DNA of 64,000 bases, taken from assembly GCA_964199315.1 (NCBI GenBank), contig OZ116699.1, positions 12,214,001 through 12,278,000 on the forward strand, in the 5' to 3' direction. This document shows positions 1 to 13,383 of this stretch, one piece after another. Origin of the DNA: Orbicella franksi (taxonomy: Eukaryota). A program made the translations under genes and the position numbers. The notes beneath the pieces are model-generated. The model made no database searches and was not told the DNA's origin. It saw only the letters and a list, made by a program, of their open reading frames with translations. Position 1 is the first letter of the stretch. Each line of letters opens with the position of its first letter.

Positions 1-1623
1 TCAAACGAAATCTTGTCACATCTTTTGGTGAACAAAGTTATGTTAGTTTGGCGGTAATATCTTGCATGCCTTGATGGTTTTTATGTGATCAATATCTGAT
101 ATGTACGAACAACAATGTTTTCGAAAAGCCGCTAAAAGGGCTTTTTTTGTTTTTTACCCTGAATAAATATTGACATGCGCCGAATCTAATTGGATTCCTT
201 TTGTCACTGTCACTCCCCTGTCGTAGGATTTAGACTTTGCTTTTAAATTAATTGACATCCTCGCCCAAGTTTTGGTGTTACGTATAACATGGCTTTGTTT
301 TGCATTATATCGAGCGGAGGAAAACATTTAAGCAAAGAATTATCAGGTATTTGGAGAGACGCTAAAACAATACGCACTTTAAATTGTCTAGTTTTTGCCT
401 GTGACGCGTCGGCGATGAAGCAAATGTGTCAACAGTCATATTTATTGCTTGATCAAATATTTAAACAAAAACGTGAGCAGTTTGAAGACATGGAGGACAT
501 CTGCTGGAAGAACAAGAAAAAATGCCAAAAGCGAGCCTTGAGGGAAGCATTCAGCGAAAACAAGAGGTTAGATGATCAAAGCGACCTGCGCTTTCTTGTG
601 AATTCCCGGTAAGCCCCGGATATAGATTTTCGCGCAGTTTTATACTCTCAATGTAAAGTGGTGTGAGAAAGTAAATCTAAATTTCAGGTGCTTCAATTGC
701 AATAATATAAAGAACAAAGTGGTAGCTTTCTAGAGTTCTAGCTTTTGCTAAAATGGCGTCGAAGACGTGTTCGTAACAAGTCAAGCTGATAAGGATATTG
801 GATACGCTTACATGGGTAAAACATTAGGTAGGGTTGAACGATAAGGAAATATCAAAATTGCCAAAACAAGGTGGGACTTTTTCTTATGTAAAATGTACGA
901 ATTTTCGCTAATTACTATTCAACAAATTTAATTTTTTAAAATTATGGGCTTGACGCCGCACAGTACCGAGATGTTTTTCGCGCTACTTGACGTGCACACG
1001 GCGGTTTCGGTGGCTTCTGCCGTTGACGACAGAGCAGCACGCTGTCCGCCATTTTACACACACAAACGCCTTGTATGTGCCTCGTGTCCTATTCGAAATT
1101 TGCCAGCCAGGAACAAATTATAATTTACTTTTGTCGGTGTCATTACATCTAATATGATGCTATATATGTAAAATGTTAACATTATGACTATTTGACGGGT
1201 CAACCAGTCACCGCAGATTGCAATTTTATAAAACTACTTCTGGTACGTTCAGAGGCAACCACAAAGTACAAACAAGTAAAATCTCATGATGTAGTTTCCC
1301 GCAATTTCTGCAACGTATATTGATTAAAATTTACAGTTCTTGAGAATTCCGATAAACAAATTTACTGGAACTGTCATAGACGCTCCATCTAATCGGATTC
1401 GCAACATATGTACAACGAAATTAAACATGATTTTACCGAACATAATCCAGGTCCGGCCAGTTTTGTCAGAAATTGAGCCCTTAATGGTTTTGTTAAAGAA
1501 ATATATTAATATTACTTCATTAGACGGAATATGTTTATCGTTACCAATGCTATTATTATTTATGGAGGATGACTGCTTAAACCATTGAGCGCTACAAACA
1601 CCCATACAGACCTATACCTGTCG

Positions 1624-2214
1624 CCCGGGGGGAGTCCCATATAAAAAGGACGGGGGTGTTCGTCGGAAATGTTGAAAAGAACCCCTAAGAGGTATCAAGA
1701 TCCGGTTTTGTGGGCGTAGCTTGAAATATTTTTCTCCCCTAAGAGGTACTAATTCTCACATAACACATTATCTTCTGTCTTATTATATGGAGAAGAGTGT
1801 TTTACTGGGAACTAAACCACTCGTAGATTCCATACGCCACTTAATCCGGGACCCGAGTGGCGTATTTTCCGTACGTCACCTTTGTGAGTGTCGTATCGTT
1901 CAATGAAGTCACGATTCCCGCCTTTTGCTTTTGTTGAATTGGTTTCTCCATATAATAAAAAGAACATTACACGTTGGCGAGAAGATATGAATTTTATGTT
2001 CTCGTGGCAAAATTCATATCTTCTCGCCACCGTGTAATATCCTCTGTATATTTTTGGCTCAATACCATAAAAGGTACCGCAAAAGCTCCCGCTATGGACC
2101 TTTTGAGACTAAACACCCTAAGAGGTACCAAAACAGCGTTTTTGACTTGTATAAGGCACGAAGAGCACCCCCGTCATTTTTATATGTTAGTTCCCCCCCC
2201 CCCCCCCCGCCGGG
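1624..2214. mobile_element. Non-autonomous DNA transposon (MITE) with imperfect TIRs and 8-bp TSD
   Basis: Left end CCCGGGGGGAGTCCCATATAAAAAGGACGGGGGTG matches the reverse complement of the right end (CCCGGC-Gn-AACTAACATATAAAAATGACGGGGGTG). Flanks ACCTGTCG (1616-1623) and ACCTGACG (2215-2222) are 7/8 identical. Confidence 0.75.
1780..2038. repeat. Palindromic repeat nested in the MITE
   Basis: Inverted repeat TTATTATATGGAGAA (1780-1794) / TTCTCCATATAATAA (1944-1958). 30-bp hairpin arms at 1966-1995 and 2009-2038 with one mismatch. Confidence 0.7.
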
Positions 2215-5200
2215 ACCTGACGCCGGTACCTGCTGTCGTAGAATAGTCTGCTGTCAAAATTGAATTTTCATACGCGGGGCACATATTACTTAACATGCTC
2301 TAAATGCATTACCATTACACTTAGCTATGAGTGGATAAACCAAGAGAATAGAAATGCTTTTAATTGAATTTGTCCCGATAAAAACAGCATTTTCAAGTCA
2401 TTTAGTGTTTAACTCCAGACCACTACTGGTCTCCATCTCAGTTAGTAATTAGGCGACTTTATCTCAATATATATATATTGATTTGTGAGTCAGATCTCAA
2501 CTGTCTTCTCTTTCTGTGATAATTGAATAAACGCATTCTTCATTTGACATTTAAATTTATGTTGCGTTTGTCTCGCTGGCGGTCCACTGACTTTCACTAT
2601 TTAATATTGCGTTAACATTTTAAAATTAATTTGCAAATCTACATGGAGTGAAAGTTTGACTTTTATTTATCAGCTGCCATCACTGAAAAATTTTTCATGC
2701 ATGTGTCAGTATATGAAAGCTGGCGGTATACTGATTTTTCAGCTCTCAGCCATTTTGCCTAGGTCGCATCACGATGTTAGCCAGGCTGCATCAACCTCTT
2801 ACTGCTCTATGTATTTGTCAACTTTCCGCAAAATCTGCTCCACGCGATAACAGCTCCAGTGTGGCTTCCCACATGTCAGTTAGATTTTTCTAAATTGATA
2901 TCATGTGGATAATCACGGTCTGGTCCAAACCGGTCACATATGTTGACTTACTCTTGTATAAGGATCAGTCAGGTTCATTCAGAAGCGTAGGGTACGCCAC
3001 CGGCATAAAAAATAATAAATATTTGTTCAAAGGTTTTGGTCAATTTTAAGAGAAAGGAGTTGTGATTCCTTCAGTAGAAGAGACAGCTAAAAATACGGAG
3101 AAACATTATCGTAAATATATACGTATTTAAAATTCTTACTTGTTTTAACTTTCAAGCAATGATTTTACCTTTTTAAGTTGTTCCATGAAAAATTGCACTG
3201 ATGGCAAGAAGTTAATTTATTTGAAAAGCTAATAGAGAAAGTAAGTAAAGATTTCTAAATTTGGTAAAGACTGAGAAAAACAAGAACTCTTTTAACAGGT
3301 CATGACGTGTTCAATTTTAGTCTTATCAAATGACTGAAATCATAAATTAATAAAGGAAGACGGCACTTTTTGCATTGAAAAGAGTTAGAAAAACGTTTAT
3401 CGTAAAAGACAACGACTAAGTGCTTTCGTTAAGGACTTACCTGTATGTTTGGATGGGTTAATGTTCAGTCTCAAGAACATTTTCCATCGCCGGCATGGCT
3501 ATGGAAAACATGACAAGCGAAATTGTATTTTAATAACACGAGTGAAATTGATATTAAGCAAGCGGCTTTCTAAGTAGAAAATACAATGTAATAAGACGCG
3601 TGAAAGGAAGCGGTCTTCGCTAATGGTTAGATTCAATGGTTGTGAATTTCCTAAGCCAATGATAACATCACCGCCCCATGGAAACCACCTCCGTTGCCAA
3701 AAATGCTTTCAATGCACCCAAGTACCCTCTTTAAAGTGAACAAAGGACGTAAAACTTTTATAATATACTGTTCAAAAGGACAAAAACTTATCTATTGTTT
3801 AGTTCTTTCTCATCACTGACTAAAGCGCGGTGCAAATTAGTCGTTATTTGAAGCTCTCTTCTTTTCTGCAGATCCCGGTAAGAAAATGTAAATTGGATTC
3901 TTTTTACCCCTCAGCTTGTTTAGATGTACAGGTGAACTAATCAATTCATGAATCTATTAGCAGGAAAGCTGTTTAAAAAAAATGTAAAGACTAAAACATA
4001 TAGAAATGAAAAGGAGGCCGAGAAAAAGAAGCGGGAGGATTGTAATTCTCGGGTTTGCGTCCTGTTTGCGCTTGTACTCATTCAACGTAGTCAAGTAGGA
4101 CGAGAGACAGTTCAGAGCTAGGAGGTTGTGGGGAGGGAGGCAGGGGGCAGATTATAGGAGAGTGAGAGATCAAGTGCAGCCAGGTCTGAGAATTTTGAAA
4201 ATCTCATTTTTGGAACTCAAGATTTATTGCTTCGCCGCATCTTGATAAAAATTCGGTTTTGTTGTAATACGTTTCTTAGCCTAGGAAAGCACTTCTGTAA
4301 ACTTTTGTAAAAACCTGCGGAAACTCCCTTGCTGCGGGAATACCGGGATCTGTTACAGGGATGTTATCTTCAGAGACATCAACAGCCGACAGAGCTTAGG
4401 TCCAACAGTGACGTTTTAATCCAACAACGTAACCAGGAACATAACCCGACACAGGATAGTGGTATCCGGTGTCCCACCATCGGAGGCGTAACCGAAAAAC
4501 AATTGCAAAACACCTGTATATATGTTAGACTCTGAACAAATGATCTGATATTTCGTTTAGTAATCCTAAACCCCTATTGTCTGCCAATGAGCTTATTGTT
4601 GTTCTGGGCCATTGCATCATAGTCAAGTCAGTTATTTTGCTCGTTATTATTAACTACTTTCAACCTCAGGTAGATCTCACACACGATAATACAGATAGAC
4701 AGGTGGTTACCATAGTTGTTGGACTTTCACTCCACTGTTAAATTTCAATTTCAGCATTCCAGTGTTTCAGTGTGATAACCAATAGAACTTGGAAAAGGGC
4801 TATTTTAGTACAATTTTAAAGAAACATTTTTACGTGAATTTGAAGTACGTTGTATTTTACTTTGTGGAATACCTGATGCAGTCACGTGGTTATAATTCTT
4901 GGTTTATAGAATAATACAACCTATTATTAATTGAGCGCTATTATTGAAAATGAAAAGCTAAAAGATGATCAAATCTGGAACTGGAACATTTCAGTGGTTT
5001 AGGTCAAACAAACTTCATAACAACGATTGGAATTGGCTTTTCTCTCTGATCCTGCTGGTCCAGTAAATAAATAACTGGGATGTCAATGAATCACTTTGAA
5101 GAATATGAAACGATCTTAAATATCACGGACAGTTAGGGAGAAAAAGCTAAATTATGTGTATCATTGATCAAATTTAGAAAAAAAAAAGTCGCAGCAATAA

Positions 5201-8200
5201 AACTATACTGGAACAAAAATAAAAATGAAAAAACGGCTGCTTCTGGGTTCATGCGTCTATTGTCGAGGTGATCTCAACAAATCGTCTTCAAAGCAATTCA
5301 AATTGCAGTAAATACACTAAAAGAAAAAGAAAATGATACGAAGATGAAATGATAAGAGGTGTACAAGTAGGCTGAAATATCTCATGATTTTTCAATCCAT
5401 ACTTTGTCAAGATAGCAATTAACGAATCCAAAGATATCCCTAACATGTATTGAGTCAGAGAAATTCGCGTTCAGTCTCCTTTGACCGTGAGGCCTTTTCC
5501 CTCTATGCCTGCCTCTTTTTCAAAACAAATCAAAACATCACATAAAAATTGAGTGAAAATTAACTATTCAGACGTGACGCACTTTCATATGAAGGCTCGA
5601 TGCAAAAGCCAGCTCGTAAATGGTATACTTGTTGTGAAAACAGTCGCCAAGGTTTCATCCACAAAGAAAAGTAATGAGTTGTATAATTAGTTCAGTTGTT
5701 GAACATAAATGAAATTGTGCCTGCAACATTTTGTACTTCAGACTGGCAAGTTCTCTCGCACATGCAAATTAATAACATCTATGATGATTTAGCAGTGCGG
5801 CTTAGGGCAATCTCTGCTTAATTCTTTTAATGAAAGCTTGATGAGTGTATTTCTGTTCTCACTTTAATCAATTGTAAGCCGCATTGAAATTTTGATATAA
5901 AAACACATCTTCGTTGGGGATAACATAACCACCAAAAATTGATGAGATACACATATATTGATTACACATGAAAGTGTTTATTACCAAAATTAAAATGGCT
6001 AAAAGATGTTTCGATCAATATTTCTTGAAGCAACCGTGTCCGATACATGACTTTTTAACATTCTGAAGCGGTTCAGAGTACAAACATACATGAACATAAA
6101 AGCGGACTGCCGGAATTGAAGTGAATATACCCGTGATCAGTTAACAGCCGCACGTAAAATCCTATCCTTGCTTCGCACGCGCGATATATCAAACATATTG
6201 AGGTGTCTCTGGAATAGTGCCGAGTGTCAGCGTAGTGTGTCCCAAGTGTGTGTCTGATAGACAGTCAACTTATTCTGCTAAAATTGCAGACATTAGTAAT
6301 GAATACTTTTTGTGTTTTATTAGCTCTTGGGGACACCTACCGAAGAATTAAGCGGCAAATACCTTTATGCCATCATTAGTGTAATTAAAAGAAATATCCC
6401 TTTTGATTGGTAACAACATCTGGTCGATTAAGTATTGCCGTCAAGCCGAGGGAACCCTCTGTGCCCTAAGGTGATCTGTGTTAAATACATATGACGCATA
6501 TTTCTTCTCAGTACCCTCCCCGGCTAACAAATGTGATCAAACTCGGCTGAAAACAAGGTAGAATAGGTAGGTGGTGATCACCATCTCTTAAACATGAATC
6601 ACAAGGGACTATCCCACATAGGGTGACTTGGATTCCTGTGCAATGACTCTGCAATGTTTCTAGAATCTTCAACTTCTTCAGTGATTACCTACATATTTAA
6701 AATACATGAGGGTAGGCTTGAGTTCAAGTCGTTCAGTGTATGATTATCTAGCTTACGACAATTTTTCTTACGAAAAATAACATTTTGTGAACAAATGGAG
6801 CTTCTGGTTAGCTGTAGAATTCTAACAAATGTACCGTACGCCACCCAACTAAAAATAGTAATGAGGGAATTATGACATTATCGTTTTAGGCATCTGCCGC
6901 AAGGAAGCAAAAATTCCCTGCTGAGGATTATAGATGACCCCCGGGGGAGGTACTTTGGGAATTTCTATGACCGGCATGAGGGAATTTTCGACTGACGGCA
7001 AAAAGGTTACTCTATAAAATAAGAAATGAAGCTAACCGAATTTAGAATCCTCTACGTGCATATCTGCTGTGTTGTTTCTCTTGTTGTCAAGGGCATTGAT
7101 TCAAGAGGAATCAGAAATCAGCACAATCAACATGAGCTAACATGACATCTACTTTAATTATGAGAAACAATGACCCTTGGGAATTTGATGTGTTTTTATC
7201 ATCTGTATGTTTACTGCGCACGGATGATGCTTATTTCCGATATAAGTTTGATTCAATCGCCATCTGCAAAAGCGCAAACCTCTGGAAACAAAACAAGAGA
7301 TTAGACTCTGGAATATGAAATTACTCGATCCTATTTCTAAGGGAACTTCGGTGTTATGGTCATCTTAAACAGTTGCCAGTGAGTTATAAGAAGCGGGCGG
7401 TAATTCTTTTTCACTGTATTTGTTTTTCAGTTTGGCGTAGTTTGGTTCGAACAGTCACGTTAATGAAACAGCTAACTTTTCTTTTCATTAGTTCCCAACC
7501 GGTGGGGAGGTCCATCTAATAATTATAACAAACTTTCCTTGGATGACCTTTTCAACCACGTAGCTCAATAGAGCAATTCAAAACAGAAACTACGTGCTGC
7601 GATGTTTACGAACTTGATCGTCGAAGAATCTCACCCCTCATACTAACGTGCATTTGTAATTGTATTTGATGTCCAGTGCGCTGTCGTTTCTGGCCTCGAC
7701 AACAGTGAATGTAAATATTTTGCCATCTATTTAAGTTCATGATTGCTGATTGCTGAAGTGATGCCATGGCTTCAATGTTTTAAGCACGATAAGCTAGGAA
7801 AATGAGCCAAGTAAATCATGATTGATGACTTGTTGAATATCAATAAGGTTATTTTACTCTTATTGATTTGGGGAACAACCTCTTCGGTGTATCTCACTGA
7901 TTAACGCGGTGATATATTACTCTGTCACAAGTATGATCGCACGCAAAATTCAGCCGACGGCACTAAACCCTGCTAACATTTAAACTAAATTGGAATGCAT
8001 TTGTTAGAATTAACATTTCAAATGTCCAATGTAGGGGGGTATTTAATCACATGTTGGGACTGTGTTTTTATCAGCCAATCAATTTTTTGTGATTGAAATC
8101 GCGGGTACTTGGCTATCGACAGGAGCCCACCGATTACAAGTAAACCCAGTAGGTACACAGAATATGGTCAGGCACAGTATTTTTTACACTACTCCTCCAA

Positions 8201-8743
8201 TGCCAAACGTCGTAACACCACAAGCCACGGATTCCTCTTGATGCAAGAGACTCTAATTTCAATTTGTATAATTTCTAGTGGTGAATTGAAGAATTGCCGT
8301 TTTGACTGGTCGAAGAGATCCACCGCGCACTAAAACATTTATAAGCTTGGTTACCAAGCTACACCACCTCTGCCATCAAGACAAGTGAACTTGGCGAACA
8401 TTTGCTGAATTAAACTTTCAGTTTATATTTGAAATGATCGGGTATTTTGGGAACATTTGTAGTAAAACAGTTATTTTATTCGTGCTTGTTGGATGTGATT
8501 TCGGCCATGATCATAAATAAGCACTCACGTGATCGCGTGCAAATTACGTTACGGAGCCTATCAGAATCGAGAATTTGTTAAAAATAGGATTAGAACTGAG
8601 AGACGAAAGATTCTAGAGGATACTTTATTTTGAATTAAGATTATCGTCCATGGGCATACTGAGGAAATTCGCCAAGATCAACTCTCTTCGAAGTGATCTT
8701 GAAATCACTTGGTAGAAATCTTGAAAATGATTTTCGACAGCAA

Positions 8744-8873
8744 NNNNNNNNNNNNNNNNNNNNNNNNNNNNNNNNNNNNNNNNNNNNNNNNNNNNNNNNN
8801 NNNNNNNNNNNNNNNNNNNNNNNNNNNNNNNNNNNNNNNNNNNNNNNNNNNNNNNNNNNNNNNNNNNNNNNNN
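8744..8873. other. Assembly gap (130 N)
   Basis: Run of N characters. Confidence 1.
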
Positions 8874-8956
8874 GCTAACGCTAACACTAACACTAACACT
8901 AACACTAACACTAACACTAACACTAATACTAACAATACTAATACTAATACTAATAA
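8874..8956. repeat. (CTAACA)n microsatellite degenerating to (CTAATA)n/(TAA)n
   Basis: Tandem hexamers directly abutting the gap. Confidence 0.95.
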
Positions 8957-11900
8957 TTATATTGCGGAGATATCAATATAACATTTTCAGCTGCGCATTA
9001 CAATGTTCAAGAAAATATAACTACTTATAAACCCTTAATATTACTTAAAAATCCTAGAAACATCTCTAATACAAGTTCTTGTTATAATTAACAACAATGC
9101 CATTGTGGCGTCATCAGTGGTCGGACATTCTTTAGCAGTCAAGTCTATTTTTTGACTCAACTCGTTGTTCACGCGGCTAAGTTACTCAGTTCTGGTTTTA
9201 ATATTGTTATGATAGTGTGTCCCTGAGGAATGCCATCGTTATCGATGACCTCGCGAACTCGTCGGGCTCCGAATTATGGCTATTCATCGGCAATTCATGT
9301 TCTCCGAACCTGTTCCAGGCTGGCATTTTACTAGCCTTTTACTAGCCCTTTACTCGCCTTAAGTAGAAAGCATCCTGTACTGGAAAAACCCTGACCTAGA
9401 GACCTTGCGCATATGTGACATATATGGCTTGTTCAGTGTATATTGTGACGTCATTCACGGCCGACGACAACGACGAACGAAAGATCGTCGAACGTCTATC
9501 TTGCTCAGGACACACACGAGATCAAAAGCATTCCATCAGTTTAGTGAGCTTTGTCCTTCATCGAACGCAGATATAGCATGAAGATGTAGAGCTATGTGTA
9601 TTTACAATTTACCACGTAGAACAAAATCGATTATTCTTAGATTCTTCTCCTTACACATCTAGATTGCATTATCGTTCTTGTTTTTAATGCCTTTTATCTG
9701 ATCTTGGTTGAAACGTTCATTAACCTAACATCAAGCAAGGGGCACGCAAGCGAAGAGAAAACAATCTTGTCGATATCAATGTATGCCGCAAACGTCCTAA
9801 AGTAGCATAAATAATTTAATTTCACCAACAACAAGAAGGAAAAATTAAACAAAAAGTCAATTACGCCCGTGGTGTGTGGGACAAGCTGATATTTGAGATC
9901 ATTGTAACTTACGCAAATTTACGTAAAGCTGTTTATCCGAATCTTAAAAAGCATTATAACACTAGATTCTGTGACTATGATAACAAAGGCGTCACTCTAA
10001 AAACACACCAGCTTTGTCCCAGAAACATTTATCTTCGTGTCTGCGTTTAATTTAAGAGCTGTTCCGAAAAGAGAGGTTGCCTTTAGCATATGCCCAAGAT
10101 TTGCGTTTATTGAGACCCAGTGTCATGTCTTTCAGGTAAAAGAGCATTTTCTTTACCTTAATTCTTAATCAGTTGGTTGAATGCCTAACAGGGACAGGGA
10201 ACATAATTATTTACTCCGTTCAATGTTTTCAAGAGTAGCGTTTTTGACGTCGCCATTTGGCAAATGTCACAATGTTTGTAAGCAGTTCTGAGATAAACAG
10301 TTCTCCCACAGTACAATTTCCTATGACTTTTTTGACATTCTTGTCCGTAGCGCGTACCTTTTAAGCTTCGCAGAATAATGTAAACTTCAACATTATTATG
10401 ATTACTATGCAGTATCAAAAGCTTTGAATATTTTCATACATTTGTCTCACACTGCACGCTAAAGAAGAATTATTTTTTAAGAAGAGTCTTGTAATCCTGT
10501 TACATTTTTCGCGAAATTTCTTCAGTATATTTTCGATCTGAATAATAGAGTTCTGGCCTTTTCTCCGTCACACATCGGCATTACGTGACCGTGAAACTAC
10601 CATAAACATGGCCGCTAAGTGGTCAACACGTCAATTGTATGAGTCAAATGAGTCTACTACACAGTCCCGACACGGTTACGGTTACGTCTGTAACGGCATT
10701 TTTAATACGTTTACGAGTTTTGTCCACACCTAAACGACACCAACGTATAAATTCAAGTGCATAATCACTTCTAAAGGGAATATGCTTGTCAAATGAGAAC
10801 CATATCCGCTTACGTATTCTTGTGTGAACAGCATGAACGAATACGGTATACTGAGCCATACAAGATAAACGCTGACGTCACGTCAAGTGAATGTGCACAT
10901 TCTTAGTGTCAGTCTCCTACCCAGGCGCCCAGTTCCGTTTCATGTTTACGTGTGGACCAGGCGTAAACGATACTAAAAAGATCGCCGGACTCGTGTGGAT
11001 GAAAATATTTATGTGTGTTAAAGACATATAAGTAGGATTACCATAGAAAAAATATTCGAAATATGGAATAAGAGGAACGGGTCACCCATCTTATATTCTT
11101 TGTGATTTTTTTTAGTTGAACCGTTCACTCTACTTTATGTGCAAGCAGAAAAATTAGGATGATTGGAGAAAGAAAAGCTTGAAAACATTGAAATGGATCT
11201 ACAACGACGAGCAAAAGCTCACAGGCACTGAATAAGTTCGCGTTTCCAGTGATTATTTTTCTGGCTTGATAATTGGTCTATGTTCGTTTTATCAACAAAT
11301 ATTGACTTCTAGACTTGAAAATGAATAAATTTTTTTTTATCCTGGTAATTTAGAAGTGGGGTAAAATTTAAATTCGAGATGTTGAAACAAGGAAAGGGTC
11401 AGAATCAGCCCAAAAGTAGATGACAAACAAAAACAATGTAGATGACTTATAAGTTTTTTCTTAGTATTGTTTTCATCGTCTTTCTGATGAAGTGAAAAGA
11501 ACGCAGCTTTCCGTGACGATGACCTGTACACCCCACCTAGCGTTAACTGCAAAATTAGATTGTCAATTGGAAAAACTCAGTTACTCGCAATAAAAGGTAA
11601 TAAAAGATCCTATGATCCAATTCTATTTACTCAAGGTACCGCCGACGCTTGAAATCGTGTGGTTACGCTGATGGTCTGTAAGACCGTGTTAGCAAATCAC
11701 GCACGCAATGATTTATTTGTCGTCGAACCCTCAGTATAAAGTTCAATTTGTTTAGGGGTAAGTATTTTGTTTAATGAAAAACCCCTTACATTTAAAAGCA
11801 AAAAAAAAAAAACTATTTTAGAGGGATTACGAATTAAGCACTGACGAGAAGTTGTTAACTAAGAGTGAAATACGGCTTGTGAAAAGAATATCCATCATTA

Positions 11901-12835
11901 GATGCCTTGGATCATTGTTTTAGGAAGAAAATCAATAGAACTGTTTTTGAATTTTATTTCTATTCCTTTTACTAGTTAATAATAATTAAACTGAGAAATT
12001 TGAGCAAGCCCATGTAAGACGCCATTACACCGCCTTATAACATCCGCATCTGCGCCCATTTAACACGACCTTTGCCATTCCAGTTGAGCGGGTTTTTTGG
12101 TTTGTTTGTTTGTTTTTTCTGTACCATGATTCCACCGGTAGGTTTCGTTCCAGAAGAATCCTGTTCGGTATAATTCTCACACAACAGGTCAACATGTTTG
12201 TAGTTTCCGAAGAATTCACACTTTGACAACGTCATCGACCAACGAATATTACACATTGTTCATTTATAATCATGTATAACTTATGGCTGTATATCTCGAC
12301 ATAACCATGAGTTGTCTTGCTTGTTCTTTGCAGCTATTTGTGGGATCTTTTGATCTTTTAGAAAATACTTTCTGTTTTTTCAATCGCAATTCTATGTAAG
12401 TTGTTTCTTTCTCGTTATCAAATCGCCATTCCAACTACTTTAAAAATGTTTTGTTGCCGATTGTTGAAAAATTAAGATGATTGGATGATTTTATTAGTTT
12501 ATATTGAAATCCTTCCACGCAAAGGCAATGTTGTTCGTATAGTATAAATTACAAGTTCAGAAGAGTTGCAGGTGATCTATTTGTTTTAAAATATTGAGAA
12601 AAATACGGAATCCTGATCGTTTTATCAGTATCATTCGGACATTCGATATTCCGTGCGCTGAGATGACACTAATGCAAAAAATCAGCAACAGAAACAGCAT
12701 GGGATGAAAACTGTTTCGTCACATGCGCATATATGGCTGAATGCAGAAGATAACAAGATTATGTTTACTCTTTCAATTAAAACTGTAATTAGAATAGCGA
12801 ACCTACCTTTGTGTTGCGGTTCTCGTTGGTGCATA

Positions 12836-13383
12836 CCGTGTGGCACTAAATTTTTGTGGGAATTTATTTTTGCGAATCGACGATTTTTTGTATTTTGCGG
12901 AAACTATTTTTTGCGATTGCAAAAGGCCGTTTTTTCTTGCTGGGTACTAATTTTTTCGATTTTGGGGAAGTCGCATTTAACTGAATTTACAACATTTTCG
13001 CATTTTTTAATTAAACTGCATGCAACTGGCAAGTGATACAACATGTAGAGATGTAAAACACAGTAATCCAGTAATCAGTATGACAGTTACATCGTGGTCT
13101 GGCGCGGAATTGTAGAATGCTCTTCTCAGTGGAATACGTTCAGACGATCCTTTCCTGTAAACCTTTTTTACTATTTCTGAACAAAAGAGACTTTTTAAAC
13201 AAATGGCAGCAACGAGAATCTACTGGTGACGTTTGTATGTATGATTTCACCACTGGAGTAAAATTTTGCGGAGAATATTTTCGCGGAAAATATTTTTGGC
13301 GGGAACTTGCTTTGCGAATCATAAAAAAAAAAACCCGCAAAAATCGCAAAAATTAGAACCCGCAAAAATTTAGTGCCACTCTG
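12836..13383. mobile_element. Tc1/mariner-pogo-like MITE
   Basis: TA|CCGTGTGGCACTAAATTTTTGTGGG ... CCCGCAAAAATTTAGTGCCACTCTG|TA gives 25-bp TIRs with 3 mismatches and a TA TSD. The interior has TTTTTGCG sub-repeats. Confidence 0.85.

Noticed and set aside
8874-8956. Possible interstitial telomere
   Set aside because: The unit is CTAACA (TGTTAG), not CCCTAA/TTAGGG.
8693-8981. ORFs spanning the N gap and the LV/NT dipeptide repeats
   Set aside because: Artefacts of Ns and a hexamer microsatellite.
10185-10418. Cys-containing 77-aa minus-strand ORF
   Set aside because: It has no ATG, signal peptide, splice context or recognisable cysteine framework.
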